IMG/VR virus record: IMGVR_UViG_3300035703_000027
Coordinates: 57,190 to 121,189 of that record
Source: a virus
Strand: one strand, 5' to 3'
DNA: 64,000 bases
The notes under the pieces were generated by a model. The model did no database searches and was not told the DNA's origin. It worked only from the letters and a program-made list of their open reading frames with translations. Shown here piece after piece: positions 9,331 through 17,440 of this stretch. The stretch's first letter is position 1. Each line of letters opens with the position of its first letter. The position numbers and the translations under genes were made by a program.

Positions 9331-10147
9331 GGACCACCCCCTTCAGCAGCTCGCCGGCCCGGATGGCCGCCCCGCTGATGGCGTCCCGGGCCGCCCGGCG
9401 GTCCCGCTCCGACACCCAGTACGTCAGCCCGCCGTCGGCGGCCTCCTCCCGGCGCACGGCCAGCGCGGCGAGGTCGGCGTGGCTCTGCGCGGCCTCCGCC
9501 GCCACCGTGCCCAGCAGCGAGCCTTCGAGGTCGCCGTCCGCGAGCCGCACCTCCGCCTCGCGGGCCCCGAGGCCCGGCAGCACCACCTGGTCGGCGTCCA
9601 CGCCGGCCGCCGCGGCGGCCTCGTGCTCCTCCAGCCAGGCGGGCGGCGGCAGCACCGCGAGCCGGTACACCTGCCCGAGCGTGAAGCGCTCCAGCAACCA
9701 GGCCCCCTCGTAGCGCAGCGTCAGCGCGCCCTTGATGGGCGGGGCGTCGTCGTCCCCCGCGTAGGGCTTGAACGCCATCACGGCCAGCTCGTCCCCGTCC
9801 GCCTTGCCGGGCACGGCGCGGCCCATCTCCGCAAGCACCATGAGCACCGCGAGGCGCTCGCCGTCGAGCAGCAGGGGCTGGGGCATCCCGTCGGCGTCGA
9901 GCGGGGCCTCCCGCAGCCGCACCACCTGGTGGTCCCGCGGGGCCGCGAGCGGCAGCCCGCCCTCCTGGGCCAGCGTGCAGCGTGCACGCAGCCCGGGCTC
10001 GTGCCGGCTCTCCTTGAGCCCGTAGGTGCTCGTGATGACCTCCTCCTTGGCCGTCCGGCGGATGCTGGCGCAGCGGGTGATGAACGTCAACAGGTCGGCG
10101 GCGTCCGCCTCGGCGCGCAGGCGCTCGGCGGGAGTCGTGTCAGGCAT
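9320..10147 (-). CDS. Hypothetical protein
   Basis: 275 aa, GGAGG SD, coupled to the upstream gene. Confidence 0.6.
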   Translation of the reverse strand: MPDTTPAERLRAEADAADLLTFITRCASIRRTAKEEVITSTYGLKESRHEPGLRARCTLAQEGGLPLAAPRDHQVVRLREAPLDADGMPQPLLLDGERLAVLMVLAEMGRAVPGKADGDELAVMAFKPYAGDDDAPPIKGALTLRYEGAWLLERFTLGQVYRLAVLPPPAWLEEHEAAAAAGVDADQVVLPGLGAREAEVRLADGDLEGSLLGTVAAEAAQSHADLAALAVRREEAADGGLTYWVSERDRRAARDAISGAAIRAGELLKGVVRGA

Positions 10148-10901
10148 GGGAACCTCCTTGAAGGGTCGCGCGGTGCGCGCGGATGAGGGCGGGCAGCTCG
10201 TCGTGCAGCAGGGTGCGCAGCATCGGCGAGGTGGCGAGGGCGGGCCCGAGGGCGCCGAGGCAGGCCTCCAGCATCGTCAGGCGCCCGAGGTCGAAGGTGG
10301 CGTCGTCCCCCTGCGCCCCGCGATCGGACGGAGGCTCCGGGGGCACCGTGTCCCAGTCGAGGGGCGGCGCGTCGTCCGGGCGGGGCTTCGGCAGCACGGG
10401 CGCAGCGGGCGCGCTGCGCGCGTGCTGCGCGCGGGCGGCGTCCGTGCTGCCCGCGTAGCAGGCGACACACACCGCCCCGATCAGGACCAGCCCGGGCGGC
10501 TTGCGCTGACACGCCGCGCAGGCGTCGCCCGTTCGCCCGATCCGGGGCTTTTGATACGCCAGCGCAGCAAACAGCGGGCTCCAGCGCCCCTGCCACAACC
10601 CCACCATGTGCGCCCGTTGCCGGGCGCGGTCATAGCACAGCGCACACAGGCCCTGGCAGTCGGCCGTGCGCTCGCACCCGGCGGAGCATGAGGGGTGTGA
10701 GCGCGGCGCTTGCGGTGCCGGCCCGTCGGCGCCCGCCGGCACCTCGACCTTGAGCTGGCTCGACTCGTCGGCGGCGTGGGGCTGCACCAGCACCTCCAGG
10801 GCGCGCCGCCGGGCGCGGCGTGCGGCCCCCGACGCAAGGCCACCGAGGTGGCCGGCGCGCACGCACCGGGGGTTCTTGGCCTTGTCGTGGCCGTCAGGCA
10901 T
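10140..10901 (-). CDS. Zn-finger protein sharing its C-terminal domain with the next gene
   Basis: CxxC/CxxCY repeats; C-terminus MLEACLGALGPALATSPMLRTLLHDELPALI. Confidence 0.6.
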   Translation of the reverse strand: MPDGHDKAKNPRCVRAGHLGGLASGAARRARRRALEVLVQPHAADESSQLKVEVPAGADGPAPQAPRSHPSCSAGCERTADCQGLCALCYDRARQRAHMVGLWQGRWSPLFAALAYQKPRIGRTGDACAACQRKPPGLVLIGAVCVACYAGSTDAARAQHARSAPAAPVLPKPRPDDAPPLDWDTVPPEPPSDRGAQGDDATFDLGRLTMLEACLGALGPALATSPMLRTLLHDELPALIRAHRATLQGGSHA

Positions 10902-11607
10902 GGGGCACTCCTTCCAGCACGGCATGGTGGGCCGCGATCAACGCAGGCAGCTCGTCGTTCAGCAGCGAGCGCAGCATGGGCGGCGTCGCCGCAATCGCCG
11001 GCCCGAGCACCCCGAGGCAGGCCTCCAGCATCGCCAGGCGCTCGTGGTCGAACGCGCCGGCCGCCGGGGATGCCCCGCGCACGCTGCACGCGGGCGACGT
11101 TGGCGCAGCGTGCGCGCTGCTCGCGAGCTGCTCTGGCGCTGCGTGCGTGTTGCGCCGGCGCCGCGAGCGGCACCAGCCGCACAGCCCCTCGTGGATGACC
11201 ATTGCGGGCCCAGCGGCTCCGCATGCCTCGCAGGGCGTGGCCGCCTCAACGGGCCGCGTCGGTTGGGGCTCGGGGACCGCGGGCGCGAGCAGCGCCGCCA
11301 CCTCCGCGGTCCACTTCCCGGTCCACACGCCGGACGCGACGGCCCGCCGGTGGGCCCGGCTGTAGCACGTTGCGCAGACGCCGTGCGCCGTGGCCTTGCG
11401 CCGGCACCCGAGGACGCACCAGCGCGCGCGCTTGGCCTTGGGGCGCTTGGCCTTGCGCGCCAGCCGCGGCGTCCACGTGCCATCCTGCACGGCCTCGCGA
11501 CGCTTGGCCGAGTAGCACGTCGAGCACATCCCGCGCGCGTAGATGGGCCTGCTCTGACAGGCCGTGCACATCCCTGCCGGCTCCACCGGCGTCGTCGGTT
11601 CTGACAT
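10894..11607 (-). CDS. Multi-Zn-finger protein, paralog of 10140..10901
   Basis: Three (A/H)(R/H/E)G(M/V/L)CxxC-type repeats; C-terminus MLEACLGVLGPAIAATPPMLRSLLNDELPALI. Confidence 0.6.
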   Translation of the reverse strand: MSEPTTPVEPAGMCTACQSRPIYARGMCSTCYSAKRREAVQDGTWTPRLARKAKRPKAKRARWCVLGCRRKATAHGVCATCYSRAHRRAVASGVWTGKWTAEVAALLAPAVPEPQPTRPVEAATPCEACGAAGPAMVIHEGLCGWCRSRRRRNTHAAPEQLASSAHAAPTSPACSVRGASPAAGAFDHERLAMLEACLGVLGPAIAATPPMLRSLLNDELPALIAAHHAVLEGVPHA

Positions 11608-11624
11608 GATGAACCCTCCCAAAC

Positions 11625-11646
11625 ATCGTGATAATTGGCATTATCA
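11625..11646. promoter_or_regulatory. Palindrome TGATAA-TTGGCA-TTATCA (operator or dif-like site, copy 1)
   Basis: Perfect 7-bp arms; second copy at 13553-13573. Confidence 0.5.
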
Positions 11647-11694
11647 AGCCGGAAATCCGCAAAGCCTCGTAGGTAGACGCTTTTGGCCGTCCGC

Positions 11695-12360
11695 CTAGAG
11701 TTCCCCCAGTGCTCCCCACAGCTTGCGGTCGTCGTCTGTGCAGCAGGATCCCAGGTGTGTTTCGGCATGCTCGTGGATGGCAGATCGCAACCGCTCCACT
11801 TCCCACCTCAAGGCGACTTTGGCCTGCTCGACATCGGCCAGCCTGGCCTCGGCTTCCACGAGCTTCTGGTGTGGCGACTTTCCAGTCTTTCGCTGGATCG
11901 TCAGCGTCACGGCCTCCTTCCCGAGGCCACCCATGTCTATGCTCAGGTAGTCCTCGACATCGGAGAGTTCCAGCATCTGCACCAGACCTGCCAGGAGAGC
12001 CCGAAAGACCTCGGACTTGAAGGTGAAGCTGCCCTTGCTGAACGCCACCAGACTCGCCATCTCTGGTTCCATCAGTTCGCGGATATTCGTTCGCAGGCGC
12101 TCGTTTTCCGCCTCCAGCTCTGCGATGTGGGCCTCATCGCTCGCCATGTCCTCGCAGTGGTTCGAGCAGTAGCCGTGGAAGATGGGGTGGCAGTCCTTGG
12201 CCCCGCAGCGCTTGCAGTCGGGGCCCACCTGGTAGCCCGTCACGGGGTCGATCGTGTAGGTCCACTCGTAGCCGTCCGCTGCGATCGCCTTGAAGGGGCC
12301 CGGTTCGACGGGGGTCGGACCCCCTTCCGTGCGGCCCTTGTCAGACTTCTTGCGTGTCAT
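11695..12360 (-). CDS. Hypothetical protein with Cys cluster and coiled coil
   Basis: CKRC...CHP...C...C; C-terminal VERLR-x-AI-x-x-H...D-x-x-LW motif shared with paralogs. Confidence 0.6.
   Translation of the reverse strand: MTRKKSDKGRTEGGPTPVEPGPFKAIAADGYEWTYTIDPVTGYQVGPDCKRCGAKDCHPIFHGYCSNHCEDMASDEAHIAELEAENERLRTNIRELMEPEMASLVAFSKGSFTFKSEVFRALLAGLVQMLELSDVEDYLSIDMGGLGKEAVTLTIQRKTGKSPHQKLVEAEARLADVEQAKVALRWEVERLRSAIHEHAETHLGSCCTDDDRKLWGALGEL
12304..12324. repeat. Palindromic repeat TTCGACGGGGGTCGGACCCCC (copy 1)
   Basis: Identical 21-mer at 13161; inverted copy at 13099-13120. Confidence 0.75.
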
Positions 12361-12694
12361 TTTCCACCTCCACCTCCACATCCTCGATGCCGATCGACGC
12401 CCACAGCTCGCGGTCCTGTGGCGTAAATGCCTCGATCGGTTGAGTCGCGGCGTGCAGCAGAATCGCGCCCGTCAGCCGTTTGACCTCTGCCACCAGGTCG
12501 CTGAGGTCGGTGGGGGCGCTGGCGATGAGGTCGGCGTCGCCCTGGGTCTGGCACTTTGCGACGTACAAAACGTCGTCGCCATCCGTTACCACCAGTGGCG
12601 CGTATCCTTGGTCTGCGGGTGCCTGCTGCTTCACGCTCCAGTCTCCCGGCGTCGCCGCTGCGAGTCGAGCCTGGATGGGTTCCAGGTCAAACAC
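12341..12694 (-). CDS. Ead/Ea22-like phage protein
   Basis: FDLEPIQARLAAATPGDW...DADLIASAPTDLSDLVAEVKRL; AGGAGG SD. Confidence 0.65.
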   Translation of the reverse strand: MFDLEPIQARLAAATPGDWSVKQQAPADQGYAPLVVTDGDDVLYVAKCQTQGDADLIASAPTDLSDLVAEVKRLTGAILLHAATQPIEAFTPQDRELWASIGIEDVEVEVENDTQEV

Positions 12695-13079
12695 CTGGCA
12701 CCTCCTCGTGATTGGGCTCCCGCAGCCACTCAACCAACCGATCCCAGGACTCCTCGCCGCAGTAGCAACCCAAGGCGAAGGACAGGATCGACTTTGCCGT
12801 CTGCGGCTTCTCGTCGATCATGAAGCCCAGCGCATGGCGGATGACCTCAACGACGTGCCCCATCATCTCCGTGTTGCCGTCGCGCTCTAGGTGTAGTTCT
12901 GCGATGTGCTCGGCTTGCTGCTCGTCCAGGCGGGTCCGCAGCCGCTCCACCTCATCCACCAGGTCGCCGAGGTCATCGCGGATGCCCACCCAAGGGTAGT
13001 CATCTTCAAGTGCGTCGGAGACGGAGAGTGACTTCCTCGATTCCGCCAGCTTGGACTTGATGAAATGAAGGTTAAGCAT
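12687..13079 (-). CDS. Ead/Ea22-related hypothetical protein
   Basis: MLNL start; DLGDLVDEVERLR motif. Confidence 0.55.
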   Translation of the reverse strand: MLNLHFIKSKLAESRKSLSVSDALEDDYPWVGIRDDLGDLVDEVERLRTRLDEQQAEHIAELHLERDGNTEMMGHVVEVIRHALGFMIDEKPQTAKSILSFALGCYCGEESWDRLVEWLREPNHEEVPGV

Positions 13080-13098
13080 TTGGTATCCTTTCGGTGGG

Positions 13099-13184
13099 GC
13101 GTCCGACCCCCGTCGGACGCTCTTGGGGAGTGGGTTTGAGGCTGCCCAGATGGGGCTTGTTTCGACGGGGGTCGGACCCCCGTC
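13099..13184. repeat. Two further copies of the GACGGGGGTC-G-GACCCCCGTC palindrome family
   Basis: Hairpin at 13099-13120; perfect 10-1-10 palindrome at 13164-13184. Confidence 0.75.
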
Positions 13185-13197
13185 CGACGGGTGTCGA

Positions 13198-13530
13198 TCA
13201 GCGGGCGCGACCCTTGGGGGCGTAGACCACGCCGTTGACGATCACGTCCGCCAGCTCCGGGGTGTAGCTGATGGTGGTCGCGCCCCTCGCGTCCAGGACC
13301 GCCCGCAGCCGCTTCACCTCCTCCACGAGGTCCGCGACGAGGCGGGGCGAGTCCGCGATGAAGGTGGCGTCTTTGGCGTCGCTTACGCGGTCGTTACCCT
13401 GTCGCGAGCAGACATGCCAGCGACCGACCGTGGCGACCTCGTAGGTGTCCTCCCACCGGGACCCGGCGACGTACCATGTCCCCGGCATGATTTCTTTCAG
13501 ACGGGCCTCGATGGCATCCAGGTTGAGCAT
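13198..13530 (-). CDS. Ead/Ea22-like phage protein
   Basis: LNLDAIEARLKEIMPGTW...DATFIADSPRLVADLVEEVKRLR; GGAGG SD. Confidence 0.65.
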   Translation of the reverse strand: MLNLDAIEARLKEIMPGTWYVAGSRWEDTYEVATVGRWHVCSRQGNDRVSDAKDATFIADSPRLVADLVEEVKRLRAVLDARGATTISYTPELADVIVNGVVYAPKGRAR

Positions 13531-13552
13531 GTGGCACCTCCAAAAGGGTCGG

Positions 13553-13573
13553 GATAATCGGTCTTATCACGAT
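13553..13573. promoter_or_regulatory. Palindrome GATAA-TCGGTC-TTATC(ACGAT) (operator or dif-like site, copy 2)
   Basis: Shares the 10-mer ATCGTGATAA with the 11625 site in inverted orientation. Confidence 0.5.
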
Positions 13574-13669
13574 CGGATCCGCAAAACGTCGCAACGGCGC
13601 CATTTTCCGGCCCGTCGCACCCCCGGGGCGTCCCCGGAGGACAGTTTCGCGCCAGATAACCAGGGCCGC

Positions 13670-13864
13670 CTACGCGAGCCCCGCCCGAACGGCCGCCCGG
13701 AGTTTCATCCTGGCCACCGCCTGGTTGATTCCAGCGGCGAGGGCCGCGGCGTCCACCGGGCCCGTCACCACCACCTCGCGCGCGCCCGCCCGGATCACCA
13801 CGCTCTGCTGGCCCGTCAACGGGCACACCAGCGCCTTCGCCCGCGGCGCCTCTTGCTGCTGCAT
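13670..13864 (-). CDS. Hypothetical protein
   Basis: AAGGAGG SD; 64 aa. Confidence 0.5.
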   Translation of the reverse strand: MQQQEAPRAKALVCPLTGQQSVVIRAGAREVVVTGPVDAAALAAGINQAVARMKLRAAVRAGLA

Positions 13865-13934
13865 ATCGTCCTCCTTCGCATCGGGACCGGCAACCAAGCG
13901 CCGGCCCCCCGTCCCCATCCGTGTGGCGGGGCGC

Positions 13935-15047
13935 TTATGCGAGGTTGAGCGGCATGATCAGCGCGAGGGGGCCCGGGTTGTCCGGGTTCGTCACGAACAC
14001 CGGCCGCAGCGGCTCGGAAAACCCCAGCCGCGCCGCCGTCCCGGGCAGCGCGCGCAGGCTGTCGCGCAGGTACTGGCCGTTGAGCCGGATGCTGAAGGGC
14101 GCACCGCCCCAGTCGCAGTCCACCTGCTCCTGGCCGTCGCCCGAGGCCTCGCTGCCCACCTGCACGGTGAGCGCGTCCGCAGCCAGCGTCAGCGTCAGGA
14201 TGCGCGCGTCGAGCCCCGTGGTCACCACGAGCGCGCGCTCCACGCACGCCAGCAGCTCCGCCCGCAACACGTCCACCTCGATGGGCGACGAGGGCGGGAT
14301 GATGGCGGCCACGTTGGGGTAGCCGCCTGCCGCCAACCGGCTCGTCAGGTAGCGGTTGCCCACCGCAAAGCCGACCCGGTTGTCGTCCAGCGCCACGATG
14401 CGCACCTCCGCGGGCGCGCAGTCCTTGATGAGCCGGCCCACCTCCACCATCACGCGGCGTGCCACCACGATCTCGAACGCACCCGGCCCCATGCCCGTCG
14501 CGCGGTAGCGCGCGAGCCGCGAGCCGTCGCACGTGTAGATGGTCAGCTCGTCGTTCGCCAGCGTCAGGCTCGCCGCCGACTTGAAGTCCACGGCCGTCTC
14601 GTCTGCGCAGTAGAGCGTTGAGGCCAGCGCCTCTGCCAGCACGTCCGCCGGCAGCGTCACGCCCCCCTCCGCCGGCGCGTCGGGCACCGCGGGGTAGTCC
14701 TCGGGCGACAGCCCGCGCAGCGTGTACCGGCTGCGCGCGCACGTCAGCCGCGTGCCCGTGCCGTCGCTCTGGAGCGTCAGCTCGGCCTCCGGCGAGGCCG
14801 TGAGCTTGTCCACCAGCGCGCTGAAGGTGCTCCACGGCAGCGTGGCCGCGCCGGCCGCGAGCACCTGGCCGCTCAGCTCGGCGCGCAGCGTCAGGCCGAG
14901 GTCGCTCGCGCGGAACACGATGCGGCCGGACATGTCTGCTTCGAGCACCACGTGCTCCAGGATGGACATGATGCGCGTCCGCCCGGCCACCGGCTTCAGG
15001 TCGCGGACGGCCTCGCGCAAGGCGAGGCCCTTGAGGATGATGTGCAT
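13935..15047 (-). CDS. dnaN: DNA polymerase III beta sliding clamp
   Basis: About 370 aa with three-domain clamp motifs (SDLGLTL, YP..P, DGSRL, YPNVAAIIP, I.LNGQYL). Confidence 0.9.
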   Translation of the reverse strand: MHIILKGLALREAVRDLKPVAGRTRIMSILEHVVLEADMSGRIVFRASDLGLTLRAELSGQVLAAGAATLPWSTFSALVDKLTASPEAELTLQSDGTGTRLTCARSRYTLRGLSPEDYPAVPDAPAEGGVTLPADVLAEALASTLYCADETAVDFKSAASLTLANDELTIYTCDGSRLARYRATGMGPGAFEIVVARRVMVEVGRLIKDCAPAEVRIVALDDNRVGFAVGNRYLTSRLAAGGYPNVAAIIPPSSPIEVDVLRAELLACVERALVVTTGLDARILTLTLAADALTVQVGSEASGDGQEQVDCDWGGAPFSIRLNGQYLRDSLRALPGTAARLGFSEPLRPVFVTNPDNPGPLALIMPLNLA

Positions 15048-15079
15048 GGGACACCTCGGGTGAGTGAGGCGGGCCCGAC

Positions 15080-15116
15080 AAAAAAGCCGACCCCCGGCAA
15101 GCGCCAAGGGCCGGCT
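15080..15116 (-). terminator. Intrinsic terminator in the dnaN leader
   Basis: Stem AGCCGGCCC/GGGGGTCGGCT (one G-U pair) followed by a U run. Confidence 0.65.
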
Positions 15117-15174
15117 GAAACATCAGTCGGGCCAGCGGTCGCGACTGGTTAGGTCGCTGCGTTCGGGTGTCGAA

Positions 15175-15183
15175 AGTATAGCA
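15175..15183 (-). promoter_or_regulatory. Extended -10 promoter TGcTATACT
   Basis: TGn plus TATACT in the intergenic region upstream of dnaN. Confidence 0.5.
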
Positions 15184-15201
15184 CGGGCCCCCCGCCGCTT
15201 G

Positions 15202-15516
15202 TCAGCGGGCCCGGTGCTCCAGCGCCAGCAGTTCCTGTGCCAGCGGGCCCGCCACCTCGCCGGACAGCCCGTGCGACGCCAGGTGCGCCAGCGCATGGTC
15301 CATCGCCAGCACGAGGCTCTCATACGTCTCGGGCGCCAGCATCTGCGCCAACTGGTTCGCCGCGAGGTCCATTTCGGGAATCACAGGCAGGGACGCGCCG
15401 CGCTCCGACTCCGCCACCGCCCACAGCACGCGCGCAAGCACCCCGAGCGGCACCCGGGGCCACCCCAGTTCCCCCTCCGGGCTCAGCAAGCTGTGCAGCA
15501 GCGCGTTGTAAGGCAT
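15202..15516 (-). CDS. Hypothetical helical protein
   Basis: AGGAGGG SD before MPYNALL. Confidence 0.55.
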   Translation of the reverse strand: MPYNALLHSLLSPEGELGWPRVPLGVLARVLWAVAESERGASLPVIPEMDLAANQLAQMLAPETYESLVLAMDHALAHLASHGLSGEVAGPLAQELLALEHRAR

Positions 15517-15540
15517 CGTTGCCCTCCTGCGGTTTTGTCT

Positions 15541-15569
15541 ACTATGGCAAACAAGCGAGGCCGATTCAA
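15541..15569 (-). promoter_or_regulatory. Sigma70-like promoter TTGAAT-N17-CATAGT
   Basis: Correct spacing in an AT-richer intergenic patch. Confidence 0.45.
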
Positions 15570-15677
15570 GGGGGTTGCGCAAGATGGCGGTGCGGACTTC
15601 CGACCGAAGCGCGGCCCCGGGGGTCGTTTTTGCGGCCGTCGGCGTGCTGGTTTGGGGTGATGCTCGGAAGGCAACAG

Positions 15678-15908
15678 TCAGGCGAACAGCAGCGCGTCCG
15701 CGCAGCCGTGGCAGCGAGGCAGCCCGGCCAGGGGCTCGCCCGCGAGGCTCAGCGTGTCGATCAGGCGGCTGCGCGCCGTGCGACTCGCGCACGCCGGGCA
15801 CAGCGCCTGTACCAGGCCGTCCGGCCCGATGGCAGCATACACCACTGGCCTCCCGTCCACCACGGCCGCCATGCGGCCCCGCTCCATGTAGCGCATCAAC
15901 TCGAACAT
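15678..15908 (-). CDS. Small Zn-binding protein
   Basis: LCPAC and CHGC pairs; AAGGAGG SD. Confidence 0.55.
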   Translation of the reverse strand: MFELMRYMERGRMAAVVDGRPVVYAAIGPDGLVQALCPACASRTARSRLIDTLSLAGEPLAGLPRCHGCADALLFA

Positions 15909-16028
15909 GCTGCCTCCTTCCGGCCCACGGCCGCGCGCCATGGTGCCAGCCCGCCCGCGCCGCGCCGCCCGTTTTGCCACACGCCAAAACGCCCCGGCCG
16001 GAGCCGGGGCGCTGCGTTCCTGCGCGCG

Positions 16029-16334
16029 TCAGTCGCCGTCGGCCGCGGCGCGGTGATCCACCCAGAGGCGCACCTTGTCCGGGTCGCCGAAAAGCTGCGG
16101 CGGGCAGTGCGCCACCACCGCCCGGGCGATGTCCACCAGGTGGGCCTGCCCCACGGCGTCCACCTGGCATGCGGCACCGTACAGGTCGCCCGCCAGGATG
16201 GCCTCCACCACCTCGCCGGGCGCGATGCCGTCGGCCAGGTAGTCCGCGATCTCCTGCGCGTAGTCGGGCCAGGCGGCGCTGCCCACTTCGAGAATCCTGT
16301 CGGCGGCCAGCGCCGCCTTGCGGTTGATGGTCAT
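16029..16334 (-). CDS. Hypothetical phage protein, paralog of 16666..16959
   Basis: AW...IADYL..G.......AILAGDLY.AA shared motif. Confidence 0.6.
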   Translation of the reverse strand: MTINRKAALAADRILEVGSAAWPDYAQEIADYLADGIAPGEVVEAILAGDLYGAACQVDAVGQAHLVDIARAVVAHCPPQLFGDPDKVRLWVDHRAAADGD

Positions 16335-16336
16335 GG

Positions 16337-16651
16337 CTACACCCACCGCGCCGCGTAGGCCTTGGAGCCGTACCGCGGCTCGATCGCCTCCCAGGCCTCG
16401 GGCGCCAGCTCCGGCCCCGCAGGCCCCGCCGCCACCGCGGCCTCGACGCGGGCCCGCGCCCCGGGGATGGGGACCACGCGGGGGGCGCTGTCGCCGTACT
16501 CGACGGCAGTCACGACGCCGCCCAGTTCGACGTGCGCCCAGCGGCGCCCGTCGTCGGCCTCCGCCACGACGCGGAGGGCCTCGCCGGCCAGCAGCCCGCC
16601 GTCCTCGTCGTGGCCGTGGGGCACCAGGAATGACATGGTGGTGAGGTGCAT
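16337..16651 (-). CDS. Hypothetical protein
   Basis: AAGGAG SD; fills the gap between the two paralogs. Confidence 0.5.
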   Translation of the reverse strand: MHLTTMSFLVPHGHDEDGGLLAGEALRVVAEADDGRRWAHVELGGVVTAVEYGDSAPRVVPIPGARARVEAAVAAGPAGPELAPEAWEAIEPRYGSKAYAARWV

Positions 16652-16665
16652 GGGGTGTCTCCTTC

Positions 16666-16959
16666 TTAGCCGCAGCAAACCATGACCCAGCGGTGCAGCT
16701 TGTCGTAGCTGCCATAGAGCGCCTTCGGGCAGCAGGCCGCCACGGCCTGGGCGATGTCGCGAAGGTGCTCGCAAGACGCGGCGGCGTACAGGTCGCCCGC
16801 CAGGATTGCCGCCACGTCGTCGTCCGGGTAGAGCCCGGCAACCAAGTAGTCCGCGATCGCCTCGGCCGCCTCGGGCCAGGCGGTTCCCAGGGCCCGGATC
16901 GCCGCGGCGCCCTTGGCGGCGTCGGCGCGCAGGCTGGCGCCGGTGGTTCCCTGTTTCAT
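16666..16959 (-). CDS. Hypothetical phage protein, paralog of 16029..16334
   Basis: Shared motif; ends YGSYDKLHRW versus FGDPDKVRLW. Confidence 0.6.
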   Translation of the reverse strand: MKQGTTGASLRADAAKGAAAIRALGTAWPEAAEAIADYLVAGLYPDDDVAAILAGDLYAAASCEHLRDIAQAVAACCPKALYGSYDKLHRWVMVCCG

Positions 16960-17019
16960 CGTGTGGGCCTTTCGTGTCGGGTGGGGTGTCTGCCCGCCTT
17001 CATCCGTGCCCCGGCGCGA

Positions 17020-17352
17020 TTATGCGCGGCGCGCTGCGCGATCGGACCGGATGAGCGCGAGCACGGCGGCGCGCTCGGCGTCGCTCAGCGGGCGCGAGGC
17101 GCCCCGGTCGTCCTCGGCCACGAACACGAGCGGGCCGGCGAGCCAGTCGCCCGCGGCGTGCCACATCATGTTGGCGCGCAGCCCGAGCACCTTGGCGGCC
17201 GGGTTGCCCCAGGCGAACACCTGCGGGTACTCCGGCAGCCACGGGCCGAACACGTCGAGGTCCCCGCCCACGAGCTGCTGAAGGTCGCCGTACTTGCGCG
17301 GCAGCGGGATGAGGTCGGGGTTTGCGCCGGGGCGCAGGTGAATCGCTTCCAT
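17020..17352 (-). CDS. DUF3846-like protein
   Basis: LQQLVGGDLD...GLRAN...LAGPLVFVAEDDRG...LS pattern. Confidence 0.65.
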   Translation of the reverse strand: MEAIHLRPGANPDLIPLPRKYGDLQQLVGGDLDVFGPWLPEYPQVFAWGNPAAKVLGLRANMMWHAAGDWLAGPLVFVAEDDRGASRPLSDAERAAVLALIRSDRAARRA

Positions 17353-17377
17353 CGGGCGGGCCTCTCGGGTCGGCACA

Positions 17378-17418
17378 ATTTTAAGCACGCGCGTGGCAAT
17401 TCCCCGATCCGGTTGCCA
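17378..17418 (-). promoter_or_regulatory. TGGCAA-class promoter TGGCAAC-N28-TAAAAT (leftward)
   Basis: Exact spacing; overlaps its rightward twin. Confidence 0.65.
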
Positions 17419-17434
17419 CACCCCGCCGGATACT
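17394..17434 (+). promoter_or_regulatory. TGGCAA-class promoter TGGCAAT-N28-GATACT (capsid operon)
   Basis: Exact spacing; predicted +1 coincides with GTG 17441. Confidence 0.6.
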
Positions 17435-17440
17435 CGGCAT

